From contig OZ024747.1 of the NCBI GenBank assembly GCA_964016885.1, positions 75,826,001 through 75,890,000 on the forward strand: a stretch of 64,000 nucleotides of DNA. Reading direction: 5' to 3'. Below, in pieces: positions 1 to 12,500 of the stretch. The number at the start of each line of letters is the position of its first letter. Position 1 is the stretch's first letter. A program made the position numbers and the translations under genes. The notes beneath the pieces are model-generated. The model worked only from the letters and a program-made list of their open reading frames with translations, made no database searches and was not told where the DNA came from. This DNA comes from Eledone cirrhosa (lineage: Eukaryota).

Positions 1-700
1 GCCCAGCTTCTCAAGATTTGTATTGAGGCAGTTACTAACATACCCCAGTGCCCCAATAATTACAGGCATAAATCTGAAGGTGTAATCAGGGTGGAGTATC
101 TGCAGATTTCTCATCAGTTCTGCATAAATATTCTCCTTTTCGTTAATCTTTGATATTATATTGGCATCTGCTGGGCAGCTAATTTCCACTACTGTGCATG
201 CTTTCTTCTCCCTGTCCCATATCATAATATCTGGTCTGTTATGCCTGCATTTTATTGGGGATTTTACTGGAACATTCCACCAGTACTCTTTCATATTATG
301 TACATTGATGTCTTTCACATTGTTGTAGCTTTTAATGTGTTTATTATCGGGTCTATCTTTTTTACGAACTGCATTGTACAGTGTTTTGGCCACGACATCA
401 TGGCTCATAGGTAGATAGTACCGCGATGACATCTTTGGACAGCTGCTGATGAAATGGGTGATATCCTCGATGTTAGTTCTGCAGAGTCTCATATCTAGAT
501 GTTTTGTCTGCATCCCTATGTCTTTTGTGAATCAGGTATTTCGTGTTAATCACCTGTTCTTGGATTGCAAAAGCGTATCCTTCAAAGTGGGAGCCAATAC
601 AGCGGTTGTTGGTCCAAGGTAGACTACTTTCCTTATCTATATTACTCTCACTCTGGAGCTTCCTGGCAACATATCCATGCATGATTTTTTGCTGATAATA
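1..700 (-). mobile_element. 5'-truncated, frameshifted R4/Dong-like non-LTR retrotransposon fragment (zinc knuckle + RLE endonuclease); continues beyond the window start
   Basis: Minus-strand translation gives KIMHGY..SHFEGYAFAIQEQ (ORF 473-754), HFISSCPKMSSRYYLPMSHD and NRPDIMIWDREKKACTVVEISCP..PVIIGALG. These are colinear with, but clearly diverged from, the C-terminus of the 9599-13108 protein. Confidence 0.9.
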
Positions 701-915
701 TCTCTTTCTCTTAATTTCGAGTATATTTTTGACCTGCCACCGTCCTGGTAGCAAGGTTGTAAAAGAAAAGAAATTGTCATCCCTTGAATCGCAAGAATGT
801 TTTGCAAATTTTGAAAGTGCCAGCTATCGCAGCCATTTGTAGACTATGAATTACGGAGCTGTGCTCGTTGTCTGCAAATCCAAGTTTAGTTATACATTGG
901 TCCAAGCGGGTTGGA
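701..915 (-). mobile_element. 3'-terminal ~215 bp copy of the R4/Dong-like element at 9519-13740
   Basis: Highly similar to 9521-9735: encodes PTRLDQ..LQMAAIAGTFKICKTFLRFKG* plus the same 3' UTR. Its 5' end abuts (TATG)n. Confidence 0.93.
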
Positions 916-919
916 CCAA

Positions 920-1270
920 TGTATGTATGTATGTATGTATGTATGTATGTATGTATGTATGTATGTATGTATGTATGTATGTATGTATGTATGTATGTAT
1001 GCATGTATGCATGTATGTATCTATGTATGTATATATGTATATATGTATATATGTATGTATGTATGTTTGTATGTATGTATGTATGTATGAATGTATGTTT
1101 ACATGTATGAATGTATGTTTGTATGTATGTATGTTTGTATGAATGTATATATGTATGTCTGTATGTATGTAAGTATGTATGTATGTATGTATGAATGTAT
1201 GTTTACATGTATGAATGTATGTTTGTATGTATGTATGTTTGTATGTATGTTTGTATGTATGTATATATGT
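920..1270. repeat. (TATG)n compound microsatellite
   Basis: Direct reading; source of the spurious YVCM/IHTY ORFs. Confidence 0.97.
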
Positions 1271-1690
1271 AAGTTGCCAGTTTAGTCGCCAACGACCCGA
1301 CCATGAGACACGTTGTACTAGGATACATGTTACCAGTAGCACCAACTGGTGACCTGACATACCCTGATGGTATCCAATGATATTGACTTGTACTTGTTTT
1401 TGGTAAATATCATCTTCGTTAAGAGAGTGGGACTAGCTTTGTGCAGGGCCTTTGCTCACTATAAAAGCTTCACGGCACAGGCATTGCTTTATATCTGGAG
1501 ATCTCTTTGCCCTTGTCGTCACATGGTACCATGGGCCCAGCACTATGTGTCAATAATTGTCACAAGTGTAGTGTTTGTACCAGAGTTTTCAAGTCGTTGG
1601 CTGGACTAAAAAGTCACACTCGTTCAGGGCATCGGTAGGGTTTCTCCTACATGGATATAAAGTAGTGGCCGTACTCGAAAACGAGTTGGC
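1271..1690 (+). mobile_element. Short element ending in an RTE-like 3' end (non-autonomous derivative or SINE-like)
   Basis: 1513-1690 encodes CHKCSVCTRVFKSLAGLKSHTRSGHR*, a C2H2-type motif typical of RTE-clade ORF ends, and matches 9110-9287. Flanked by TATG repeats. Confidence 0.6.
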
Positions 1691-2198
1691 ATATATGTAA
1701 GTATTTACGTATGAATGTATGTATGTATGTTTGAATGTATATATGTATGTATGTTTGTATGTATATATGTATGTATGTATGTTTGTATGTATATCTATAT
1801 ATATATGTATGTATGAATGTATATATGTATGCATGTATGTCTGTATATATGTATTTCTCCATCTTTAGTCTGTCTATTTGTTATTCCCTGCCTCTCTAAA
1901 TATATACATCATAATTTTGTAGGTGTTTAACATACAAACACAAACACATATATTAGTACATATATACATATGAATAATACGTTGTATCTAGCCACATATA
2001 TATATATATATACACCAGACCATTGTTGTTTATCATCTTTATTACCTCTGATGATGAAACAGTATTTTACGATACTTGGTTATGTAATATAAATATTCGT
2101 TAATTTATTTGCATCGAAACATATAGGAAATATTAAATTATTTAAGAAATCTATTGTATTATCCGAATCTGTTATACATACATATAAGTATGTATATG

Positions 2199-2237
<39 letters not shown>

Positions 2238-2306
2238 TATGAAGAGAGAAGAAACATTTAGATATAATTAGTAATAAAATGTATCGTACCTAAACTGCTC
2301 CTAAAT

Positions 2307-2396
2307 TCCTCGACTACGTAGTTTCGTGGCATAAACAAAAACAATATATCATAAAGATATAGAGTCCTTGCGAGGTCTGCCGACTTATCAAGAGGA
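2307..2396 (-). ncRNA. Type I hammerhead ribozyme motif (U3-A8 core variant)
   Basis: Reverse complement of the 3365-3454 motif. Confidence 0.8.
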
Positions 2397-2901
2397 TACC
2401 TCATTTTACTAGTCTCAAGAACGCGTCTACACGACGTGAGAAAGAATCCCAAAAGGCGGAGGGGGAGATAGTCACGCGATATAACGGTCGAGAAACAGAG
2501 CTAAGCCTCTTATAACCCCGAAGAAAATACCACGGAGGCGGAGGGGGTATTTATATCGAGGCCGTAGAAGAGGTGGTGAAGAAGGCGAGAAGTATGAGTA
2601 ATGGAAGCTTTCCAGCTGTCCCCACACTTCAAAGATTGCTCGACCAGAGGGAGTTATTAACAATATATTCAGAAACACACAGATACATGCGGACACACAC
2701 ATATATACATGAATGCATCCGCACCCAACTGTGAGTTAAGGGTGCCAACTTCACCGATGTTGCTCAATGAATGACTGGGACAGACCAATTCAGTTGAACT
2801 AGACTGAACCAGTATCAGAGTTAAAAATACATTATGAAGAGAGAAGAAACATTTAGATATAATTAGTAATAAAATGTATCATACCTAAACTGCTCCTAAA
2901 T

Positions 2902-2991
2902 TCCTCGACTACGTAGTTTCGTGGCATAAACAAAAACAATATATCATAAAGATATAGAGTCCTTGCGAGGTCTGCCGACTTATCAAGAGGA
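2902..2991 (-). ncRNA. Type I hammerhead ribozyme motif (U3-A8 core variant)
   Basis: Second tandem copy, 595 bp from 2307-2396. Confidence 0.8.
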
Positions 2992-3364
2992 TACCTCATT
3001 TTACTAGTCTCAAGAACGCGTCTACACGACGTGAGGGTGCGGATGCATTCATGTATATATGTGTGTGTCCGCATGTATCTGTGTGTTTCTAAATATATTG
3101 TTAATAACTCCCTCTGGTCGAGCAATCTTTGAAGTGTGGGGACAGCTGGAAAGCTTCCATTACTCATACTTCTCGCCTTCTTCACCACCTCTTCTACGGC
3201 CTCGATATAAATACCCCCTCCGCCTCCGTGGTATTTTCTTCGGGGTTATAAGAGGCTTAGCTCTGTTTCTCGACCGTTATATCGCGTGACTATCTCCCCC
3301 TCCGCCTTTTGGGATTCTTTCTCACGTCGTGTAGACGCGTTCTTGAGACTAGTAAAATGAGGTA

Positions 3365-3454
3365 TCCTCTTGATAAGTCGGCAGACCTCGCAAGGACTCT
3401 ATATCTTTATGATATATTGTTTTTGTTTATGCCACGAAACTACGTAGTCGAGGA
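3365..3454 (+). ncRNA. Type I hammerhead ribozyme motif (U3-A8 core variant)
   Basis: Stem I UCCUC/GAGGA; core UUGAUAA; stem II GU(C)GGCA...UGCCAC; GAAA; palindromic stem III ACUACGUAGU; GUC cleavage triplet at 3447-3449. Confidence 0.8.
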
Positions 3455-3695
3455 ATTTAGGAGCAGTTTAGGTATGATACATTTTATTACTAATTATATC
3501 TAAATGTTTCTTCTCTCTTCATAATGTATTTTTAACTCTGATACTGGTTCAGTCTAGTTCAACTGAATTGGTCTGTCCCAGTCATTCATTGAGCAACATC
3601 GGTGAAGTTGGCACCCTTAACTCACAGTTGGGTGCGGATGCATTCATGTATATATGTGTGTGTCCGCATGTATCTGTGTGTTTCTAAATATATTG

Positions 3696-3762
<67 letters not shown>

Positions 3763-3781
3763 CATATACATATATATATAC

Positions 3782-3823
<42 letters not shown>

Positions 3824-4183
3824 ACAAAGATATTATTTCATGTAATAATTCCATTTTATATGATATGACATTTTTTTTACTAGATGTAATGAATTATAAT
3901 AATAAAAAATATAGAATATAAATGAAACAAACTTAAATATGGTCATAAATAAAGTAAACACTTTTTGGCAAATTCAGTTCTTGAGAAAATTAATAAAGTA
4001 TATTTGGAAAGCTCAAGAGATATAGTTTGAAAATTTTAATGGATAAATCCGATCTGCCAGCTGTGACTTCCTAGGTTTTGAATCGAAAGAATGGAACGAC
4101 ACCTTAATATTTTCTCAAGTACTTCTATTTTAAGACAAAATTGTAAATTGAAAAATTTATATCTAATATATATATATATGTAA

Positions 4184-4266
<83 letters not shown>

Positions 4267-6450
4267 TAACTATATATATATATTCCGGACATTGTAAAAG
4301 GCAAACAACACAGTGTTGAGTTTCCATTGAGTTAATGAAAGGAAACACCACCAAAGGGAAACCCGTAGGGAAAATATTAGAAGTAATTGTAATAAATGGT
4401 CATAATATCAATATCAAATATTAATAATATCATAATATCAATATGAAATATCAATAAGTATCAGTTTTAGGGAAATTGGTGTCTTTCCTCCTACTTAGGA
4501 ATCATAGTCAGAGTCGATCTATTTTCATCCTTTCATAAAACACACTAGAACTCAGCACGCCCCACTCTTCCCTCCCTTGAAGAAGTTGATGAGGGCTTCG
4601 TCGGAGTTGAAGATTTCAGTCTTCAAAATCCATAGCCCTGTCGACTATACAAATTATTTCGCCATAGCTTCCAGATAGGCGAAGACCTTTCACGTTTACT
4701 TTTTAAAGGAAGATGGCGATTAAATTTACTCTATGGACCCGGCTGATAGCCGTATCTGTCCTTCAAGTGATGTCAGCTGTTTAATATAAGCCCACAAGTC
4801 TGAAAATCACGCGGGCACTATGCGATATAATGCAGGACGGTTTAGGGTGGGTAGAGGTGGGGGGCATTGTCCATAATCACAGATCTGAAAGTTCACGTAA
4901 GAGTCTGCTTAGAGAATAATCACTCAGAACGTCAACTGACCATTTTTAGAAAACAAGTGACATTCCGTGACACAGCAGTGGATACACAAACATTTTAAGG
5001 CGTCGGATATTTCACGTTTATAGTTCTTAATATTGACTACTGACTGAAACTTTCATTGATGGTCAAGGGTAAGAACCGACCCGAGACCTCAATTGATAAT
5101 GAATAATGCAATCGATGAATACGACATGATGATTAGTGGAATGGAATAATCGGTAAAGTGAAATAAGGAATACATTTCGGGTGTTTTTGTTAAGTTTAGA
5201 AATCAACATCAATCGTAGTAAAAATTTGCCGTTCCTTATTATTATATTGGTGAAGAACTGAAGTCGAAATAATCGGCAAGGCTTGTCCCAAAATTTGAAG
5301 TTGTGAGACTATGGTAGAAATCTTTACTTTAATGTTAAAAATAAATGGTATTTTTATTTTAAATTCATTTTGAAGATCCGTTTGTTTTAAATTAAAAGTT
5401 CAAGATTTTCATCACCAGTGGGAGTATAATATTCTTGCATATTTTCTCTTTTCAATTGTCTTGAGAACCATCACTTTAGTATAAAAATTCTATATATTCC
5501 AGTGTAACGCCCTCAATAATGTAAAATTGCCTACTTCCGGTAACACTTACGTGAAACAGATGCAGAGGCGGTGGTTGCTAGAAAGTAGGTGGTACCAGTG
5601 AAGGCTGTGACAATATAAATTGCACTATAGGAAGGTCACCGAAAATGACTGCTTTAATTATGATTATGGCAGCAATAGCAAAAACTGGGATAATGACAGC
5701 AACAGCAGTTGTATTGGCACCAAAGGTTATTCGAGAATAGGGAAAGGAACAGCAACGAAATCACCACAATTTAAAAGAAAATAGCAATTAATCACCAATG
5801 GAAGAATTATGGTTGACCTGCTAGAAAACACAGTAAAAATCCCCCTGGAATTCTCGTCGCAACAGCTTGGCACATTTCACATCAGAAATGTTACACATTT
5901 CGGTTACAAAAGCTTGAAATATTTCACATTACAACATACGCCCCTTACTTCACGTTACAACGAATGTTCCACACTTCACTTTATACCATATACTCCACAT
6001 GTCACGTCACAACAAGTGTTACACACCTTATGTAACCACTACTAAAATAAACTTCACATTACAAGAGTTCTACAACGTTCACCCCACAACAGCTACTACA
6101 ACAATTACCGAAGAAAACCTAGCTCTACATTCCCAACACAGGGACTTTTAAAGCAGGCATTAAAGTGTTAGATATCTTTGTTTGATCAGACGATCCGCTG
6201 ATTTGGGATAGAATTGTACACATAAATAACCAGAACTAAGAATGGAAACCCAGAATTAGATTTTACTGGGGAGCGATTGCTTCACTACTGTAATGGTTGT
6301 TCATTGGATATTTGTCTCTAAATAGGGACAAGAAAAGTGATGTTGTGATATTCCCAAAAAGCATCAACAACACAACTAATATACAATTGTGTCAAATCAT
6401 GACAAATGGAACAAAACAAACGAGTGATCAGAGATTTCAGAGTCTTATTC

Positions 6451-6550
<100 letters not shown>

Positions 6551-6560
6551 CATATACATA

Positions 6561-6634
<74 letters not shown>

Positions 6635-6639
6635 TATGT

Positions 6640-7276
6640 AGGAACATTGCTGTTTTATCCAATTCGATATCAATAATTACTACTCCTCCATCACCTTACC
6701 ACTTCTTAGAGCTATCAATTTCGCTAAAACGCTCACGGTGGTTAAGGATTTCGAAGTTGATGTCATCCTCAATGCCCATATGTCGGTGATTAATTTCGAC
6801 GACTCTATTTGGATTTAAAAAAATCTAATAGTACCCCATTCGACGTGAGTATGGGCGCCAGCGTTTCTGCGGAGGTTACACTAAATGCGGAGGTTATTCT
6901 AAATAGAATATTAGTCCACGACTTCATTTATACCATAAACGTGGTTTTGTCTTTGCGTGTAATTGTTCTCACCGCTCCAAATAATGACGTATTATCTTCG
7001 TTTTTTTTCGTTCATTGCCAGGGAACGTCTCCACGAACCAAAGTATCGTCTTCTTGTCTTCCTTCGGTTGCAACGTTTTTCGAAATATTTACTTCTGCGT
7101 TCACAGATTGATTTTTTTAGTTTCAGAAGATTCCGTTAAGGGTTAAAGCAGCGATTCTTTGCTTAAACTTTAATCTGTTATTTTAATAAATAGTTGGTCT
7201 ACACTTCTTATATATTTGATATATATTTATCCTTATCGAGCCCTCTTTGGATTTTATTATTCAAATTTATTATTAT

Positions 7277-7280
<4 letters not shown>
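6640..7280 (+). mobile_element. Internally deleted Penelope-like copy (RT fragment fused to pLTR/3' end)
   Basis: 6640-6880 matches 62840-63065 (FIQFDINNYYSSIT..PFDVSMGA). 6910-7280 matches the pLTR seen inverted at 59680-60050 and 61615-61895. (TA)n on both sides; degraded hammerhead at 7119-7169. Confidence 0.88.
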
Positions 7281-7328
<48 letters not shown>

Positions 7329-8029
7329 TATATCTAAGAGCGAATCTGCAATGGATTTGTTCGATATAAATCAGTGATTTGAAGTAATTTACCGACCCAG
7401 GAGTCGATCTTTTCAAAACTGAACACAGAACGCCATGACATGTTATCAACTGCACTAAATAACTGTAACAAAATTAATAATGTCATAGGCAACTGATTCC
7501 AACATTCTGCCTCCACCCTCATCTTTCTCATATTAACAGATGGTAAACAATATGTGCAGGCGTTAGTCGACCGAATTGGCACGTTTCTAGTACATCTCTG
7601 TTACATAAGTTATCGACCCAACGCCGGAAGGGGGTCGAGAAAAAAAAAAACGACGCAGATATTCTGTAGAAATGTTACCCAGAACGAATTACATTAAATG
7701 TAGAAACAAAGTATTTATTCCGTTACTCTATCGCTTCAGTAAATTTTATACATTTACACTTAAGAAAAATATTGATTTATCTGTCTGGTACAAAATCAGA
7801 AATTGAAGCTACTTTGAAGCTTCTCTTTAACACTGTCTGATATTCGCCATATTCGCCATGTTTATATTAGACGTAATATTATTAATACTCATAGCTTTCT
7901 CTTATAATTATATCAATACTCAGCATAGTTGCTATTTCTAACAATGCACTGATATGCACTTTTAAACTAAGTCCCCCACGGCTAGTTTAATATTTATAGG
8001 ACATTTCATTTCCAACGTAGACATTAACA

Positions 8030-8251
8030 CGGCTTGTGTGTGTGTTTGTGTAGCAGTGCGTGTATAGAGTTGTGTATGTGTGTGTGTGTGTATCAGTACA
8101 TGTATATAGTTGTGTATGTGTGTCTGTGTGTGTGTGTATATATATATATATCAGTGCATGTATATAGTTGTGTGTGCGTGTGTGTGTGTGTATGTATATG
8201 GTTGTGTGTGTGTGTATTTGTATAGTTGTGTGCATCAGTGCATGCATATAG

Positions 8252-8332
<81 letters not shown>

Positions 8333-8333
8333 C

Positions 8334-8365
<32 letters not shown>

Positions 8366-8420
8366 ATGTATATAGTTTTGTGTGTATGTGTGTATGTGTG
8401 TGAGTATCAGTGCATACATA
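8030..8420. repeat. (TG)n-rich degenerate higher-order repeat
   Basis: Recurrent TATCAGTGCATGTATATAGTTGTGTG separated by TG tracts. Confidence 0.85.
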
Positions 8421-8849
8421 TATAGTTTTCTGTATATTCTAGCTTGGCTTTGATATATTTCATAAAGTGAGTTTATATGAAGACATTTTTATGAGTAAAT
8501 GTGGTTACCATCTGTTTGTGAAAATTGAAGTTTATATCTGGTGAGAGTTGATGAGGTTACTAAGGAGCACTAAATTGAACTAGTATGTCTCAGTAGTCAA
8601 ATTATAACCATAACCATAACCGTAACTTGCCTAAGGATAATCTAATTCAGAGGAACGCTTGTTCAATTAAGACAGAACGGTGAGACAGAATGATGAAAGC
8701 AAGCCAGTATTTCGCTCATAAAATCAAATATTTTAATACCAAATATTCATATTGTATTCGTCTATATTATATGTCTGCCTACTAATCATTGCTTAAGACT
8801 GTCTCCTTTATTATTTGTAGTTCTTGATATGTCTATACATGTATATAGT

Positions 8850-9518
8850 TATGTATGTATGTATGTATGTATGTATGTATGTATGTATGTATGTATGTAT
8901 GTATGTATGTATGTATGTATGTATGTATGTATGTACGTATTTATGTATGTAAGTATTTATGTATGTGTTTATGTATATATGTATGCGTGTATATATGTAT
9001 GTATGTATATATGTATGTATATATGCATTTATGTATATATGCATTTATGTATATATGCATTTATGTATGTATGTATGTATGTATATATGTATGTATATAT
9101 GTATGTATATTGTCGTCACATGGTACCATGGGCCCAGCACTATGTGTCAATAATTGTCACAAGTGTAGTGTTTGTACCAGAGTTTTCAAGTCGCTGGCTG
9201 GACTAAAAAGTCACACTCGTTCAGTGCATCGGTAGGGGTTCTCCTACATGGATATAAAGTAGTGGCCGTACTCGAAAACGAGTTGGCAGCCACCATATAT
9301 GCATTTATGTATGTATGTATTTATGTGTGTATCTATGTATGTATGTATATGTGTGTGTATGTAGTTATATATGTATGTATGTAATTATGTATGTATGTAG
9401 TTATGCATTTATGTATGTATGTATGTATGTATGTATGTATGTACGTATTTATGTATGTGTTTATGTATGTATGTATGTATGCGTGTATATATGTATGTAT
9501 GTATGTATATATGTATGT
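8850..9518. repeat. (TATG)n compound array, left of the R4/Dong element
   Basis: Direct reading; interrupted by the RTE-like fragment at 9110-9296. Confidence 0.95.
9110..9296 (+). mobile_element. RTE-like 3' end fragment
   Basis: Encodes CHKCSVCTRVFKSLAGLKSHTRSVHR* plus a short 3' UTR; near-identical to 1513-1690. Confidence 0.65.
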
Positions 9519-9598
9519 TTTCTCTTTCTCTTAATTTCGAGTATATTTTTTTGACCGGCCACCTTCCTGGTGGCAAGGTTGTAAAAGAAAAGAAATTG

Positions 9599-12500
9599 TC
9601 ATCCCTTGAATCGCAAGAATGTTTTGCATATTTTGAAGGTGCCAGCTATCGCAGCCATTTGTAGACTATGAATTAGGGAGCTGCGCTTTTTGTCCGCAAA
9701 TCCAAGTTCGGTCATACTTTGGTCCAAGCGGGTTGGTATATAACCCGTAGCACCAATAATGATGGGTATGAAGCTAAAGGTGTATCTTGGATACTGGATT
9801 TGTAAGCTCCTCATCAATGGTCCGTAGATGTCCTCCTTCTCCTGTATTTTTCTGACAACGTTTACATCAAGTGGGCAGCTGATCTCCACAACAGAACACG
9901 TTTTCAATGTGTGGTCCCAAACTACAATATCAGGCCGGTTGTGCTTTAATTTGGTGGCAGTTTTTATTTTCAGGTTCCACCAGTATTCCTTAGTGCCATC
10001 TGTCTCAATATATTCTTCCTCGTTTGTTGTTAATTTTGTTTTCCGAAGTGCGTTCCAGATAGTTCTAGCTATCCCATCGTGTCTCATGGGGAGGTAGTAG
10101 CGAGATGACATTCTTTCGCAGCTGGCAACAATGTGGCTTACATCCTCGATCTTTGTTTTACATAGCCTACATTTATTGTCAGCTGCTGGCCCTCCTCTTT
10201 TGTGCAGCAGATATTTGGTAGGGAGTTCTTGTTCCTGTATTGCATAGAGATATCCCTCAAGGTGTGATGTCATAAACTTGTCGGAACTCCATGCCAGGCT
10301 TTTTGAGTGGTTTATCCCCTCTATGGTCTGTGTTTTACGCCTCAAGTATCCATGCACAACTTTCTCTGTAAATTGGTCAATTTTTTTTTCTTGTTTGAAC
10401 ATTGAATAGGATCTTCCGATTTCTCTGGGTGAGAGATTTATATCAGGCTTTATTCCATATCTCTCCTCCAGATCAGTCGCTATTCTAATGATATTTCTTT
10501 TTTCGTGCTCATAAACCTGAGCAAGATGGTCGCCAACCTTTTTCCTCTGTTGAAGGTGTTGCTTCAGTGTTACTATCCGGGTCTCATATGTTGTTAATAT
10601 TGATTTTAGACCCCGGCCACCTTCCTTGCGTGAGAAGTATAGCCTATCCACATCACCATTGATGTTAAAGTTCCCAGTAACACTGAGAAGTTTACGAGTT
10701 CTAACATCCATCTCACTTAGTTCTTGCAATGACCAGTTCAGTAGGCCAAATGTTGGCGTTATAATTGGCACAGCATAGGTATTGTGGGCAATGTATTTGT
10801 TGTATGCTGACAGTTCTGATGACCATATTTTTTTTACTCTTCTGAGGTATTCAGTTCTGGTTCTCTCCTTATTTATGGGTCCATCATATCTGACATTCTC
10901 ATCCTGTCCAAGATATCTGTAGTTGTCACCTGACTGCAGAGGTTGTATTGTCAGGCCGTTCATATCTAGATTTCTAGAGGAGGGCACAGCTCTTCCACGT
11001 TTTACTGCCAAATATGCACACTTGGACTCACCAAATTTCATTTTGATGTCGGTTGAAAATTGTGTAATGAGGTCCAATTGTTTCTTGATGTCATTGATAT
11101 TTGGCCCATACAACTTCAGGTCATCAACAAAGAAAAGATGGGAGATACTTCTGGGCCCACTTCTTTGTCCACCTTGTTTCCTGAGTAGGTAAGATAGTGG
11201 ATTCAGTGAGAGAACGAAGAGTAGTACTGACAAGCTATCACCCTGAAAGATGCCCTTCTGGTAATGTATCCTATCAGTCTTAACCTGCTCCTTCTCACCT
11301 CTAAGGATCAAATTGGTGTACCAGTTCTTGGTCAGGCGTTCAACAGCAGCTACTAATGGTTGTGGGACTTTAGCTAACTGTAAAGCCTTAATAATCCACC
11401 CATGAGGTACACTATCAAATGCTTTTTGATAGTCCAGCCACACGACAGTCATGTTTCTGCGATTCTTTGTTGTTTTTTCCTGAATCATTTTGTTAGTTAG
11501 TAGGTGATCTATGCAACCCCACACCTCCCTCTTTCCACCAGCTTGCTCAGGTGTTATGATGTTGTTGGTAGCACAGTGATCCTGTAAGAACAGGTTAAGG
11601 CACCCAGTATATAATTTATACATGATGTTTTGGCAGGCAATTGGGCGGTAATTTTTAGCAAGGGTGGTTTGGCTATTTTTGGGAATGAGGAGAGTAGTGG
11701 CAGTTGATAACCATCTGGGCAGTTCTTGTGTGCCCTTAATGGTTTCTGTAAACAGCCGTATGAGATCTTGCCGATAGAAAGTGAAATTCTTCAACCAGTA
11801 TCCTGTAATGAGGTCTGGGCCTGGCGATTTCCTATTCGACATTTTCTGTAGAGCTGTTTCCAGTATTGACCCATCTATGTCATATTGTTTTGTCTGGACA
11901 TGTTGGCAGTAGTCCTGTTCCAGTTGTTTTAGCCAATTAGCTTGTCTGTTGAATCCGTCATCCGTTTCCCATACAGATCTCCAGTAGTTCTCAACCTGTT
12001 CTTTTGAAGGGGTGTCGTTTACAGGGATTGAGCTTTTGCCACCGAAGCTGCGATAAACTGATTTAGGATCTCTGGCAAACAATCTATTTAGCACTTGTCG
12101 TTTATGGGCTGTTGACTTATATTTTAGTCTTTCTGTTGTAGCTGTGAGTTGTTGTTTCAACTGGTGTAATTTGGAGTTCAAAGTTTTAAATTTGGTATCT
12201 CCAAATCGTCTCTCTAACTTTTTCTTTAGGTCTTCCTGGTGTCGTGTGAAGTTTCTCTCTATGTTGCATTTCATAACGACTGCGATGTGTGAGATACTTC
12301 GTCTCAGGGACAAAATTTTGGTTTTTAAATTTCGCATCCACGCTGGTTCAGGCTTTCTGTTTGTATCTTGATTGCGTGGTTTTAGATGTGTGTTATATGA
12401 TAGCAATGTGACAGCTGAAACATATAACAAAACATTGAGCGTTTCAAATGTCGTTTCTACACCTTTAGATCGTATAGCCTTCAGATAATTGCCAGCTATT

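Larger units (their letters stand above)
2235..3697. mobile_element. Non-coding 595-bp hammerhead-containing unit, >1-unit tandem copies arranged head-to-head within (TA)n (retrozyme / Penelope pLTR-like)
   Basis: CATTATGAAG recurs at 2235 and 2830 (period 595). The minus-sense arm is 2235-3034 and the plus-sense arm 3035-3697; the latter's first ~68 bp repeat at its end. (TA)n lies on both sides. Confidence 0.88.

Noticed and set aside
2045-2127. CTGATGA...CGAAACATATAGG hammerhead-like motif
   Set aside because: Stem III and the cleavage triplet do not pair properly; at best a decayed pLTR ribozyme, so not called.
2258-3503. Repeated 64-111 aa ORFs in the 595-bp unit
   Set aside because: They recur only because the DNA is duplicated; non-ATG starts and no recognisable motifs.
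4480-6300. Moderately GC-richer unique sequence as possible host exons (also 48000-51500)
   Set aside because: No convincing reading frame, domain or splice pattern could be supported by eye; small exons cannot be excluded.
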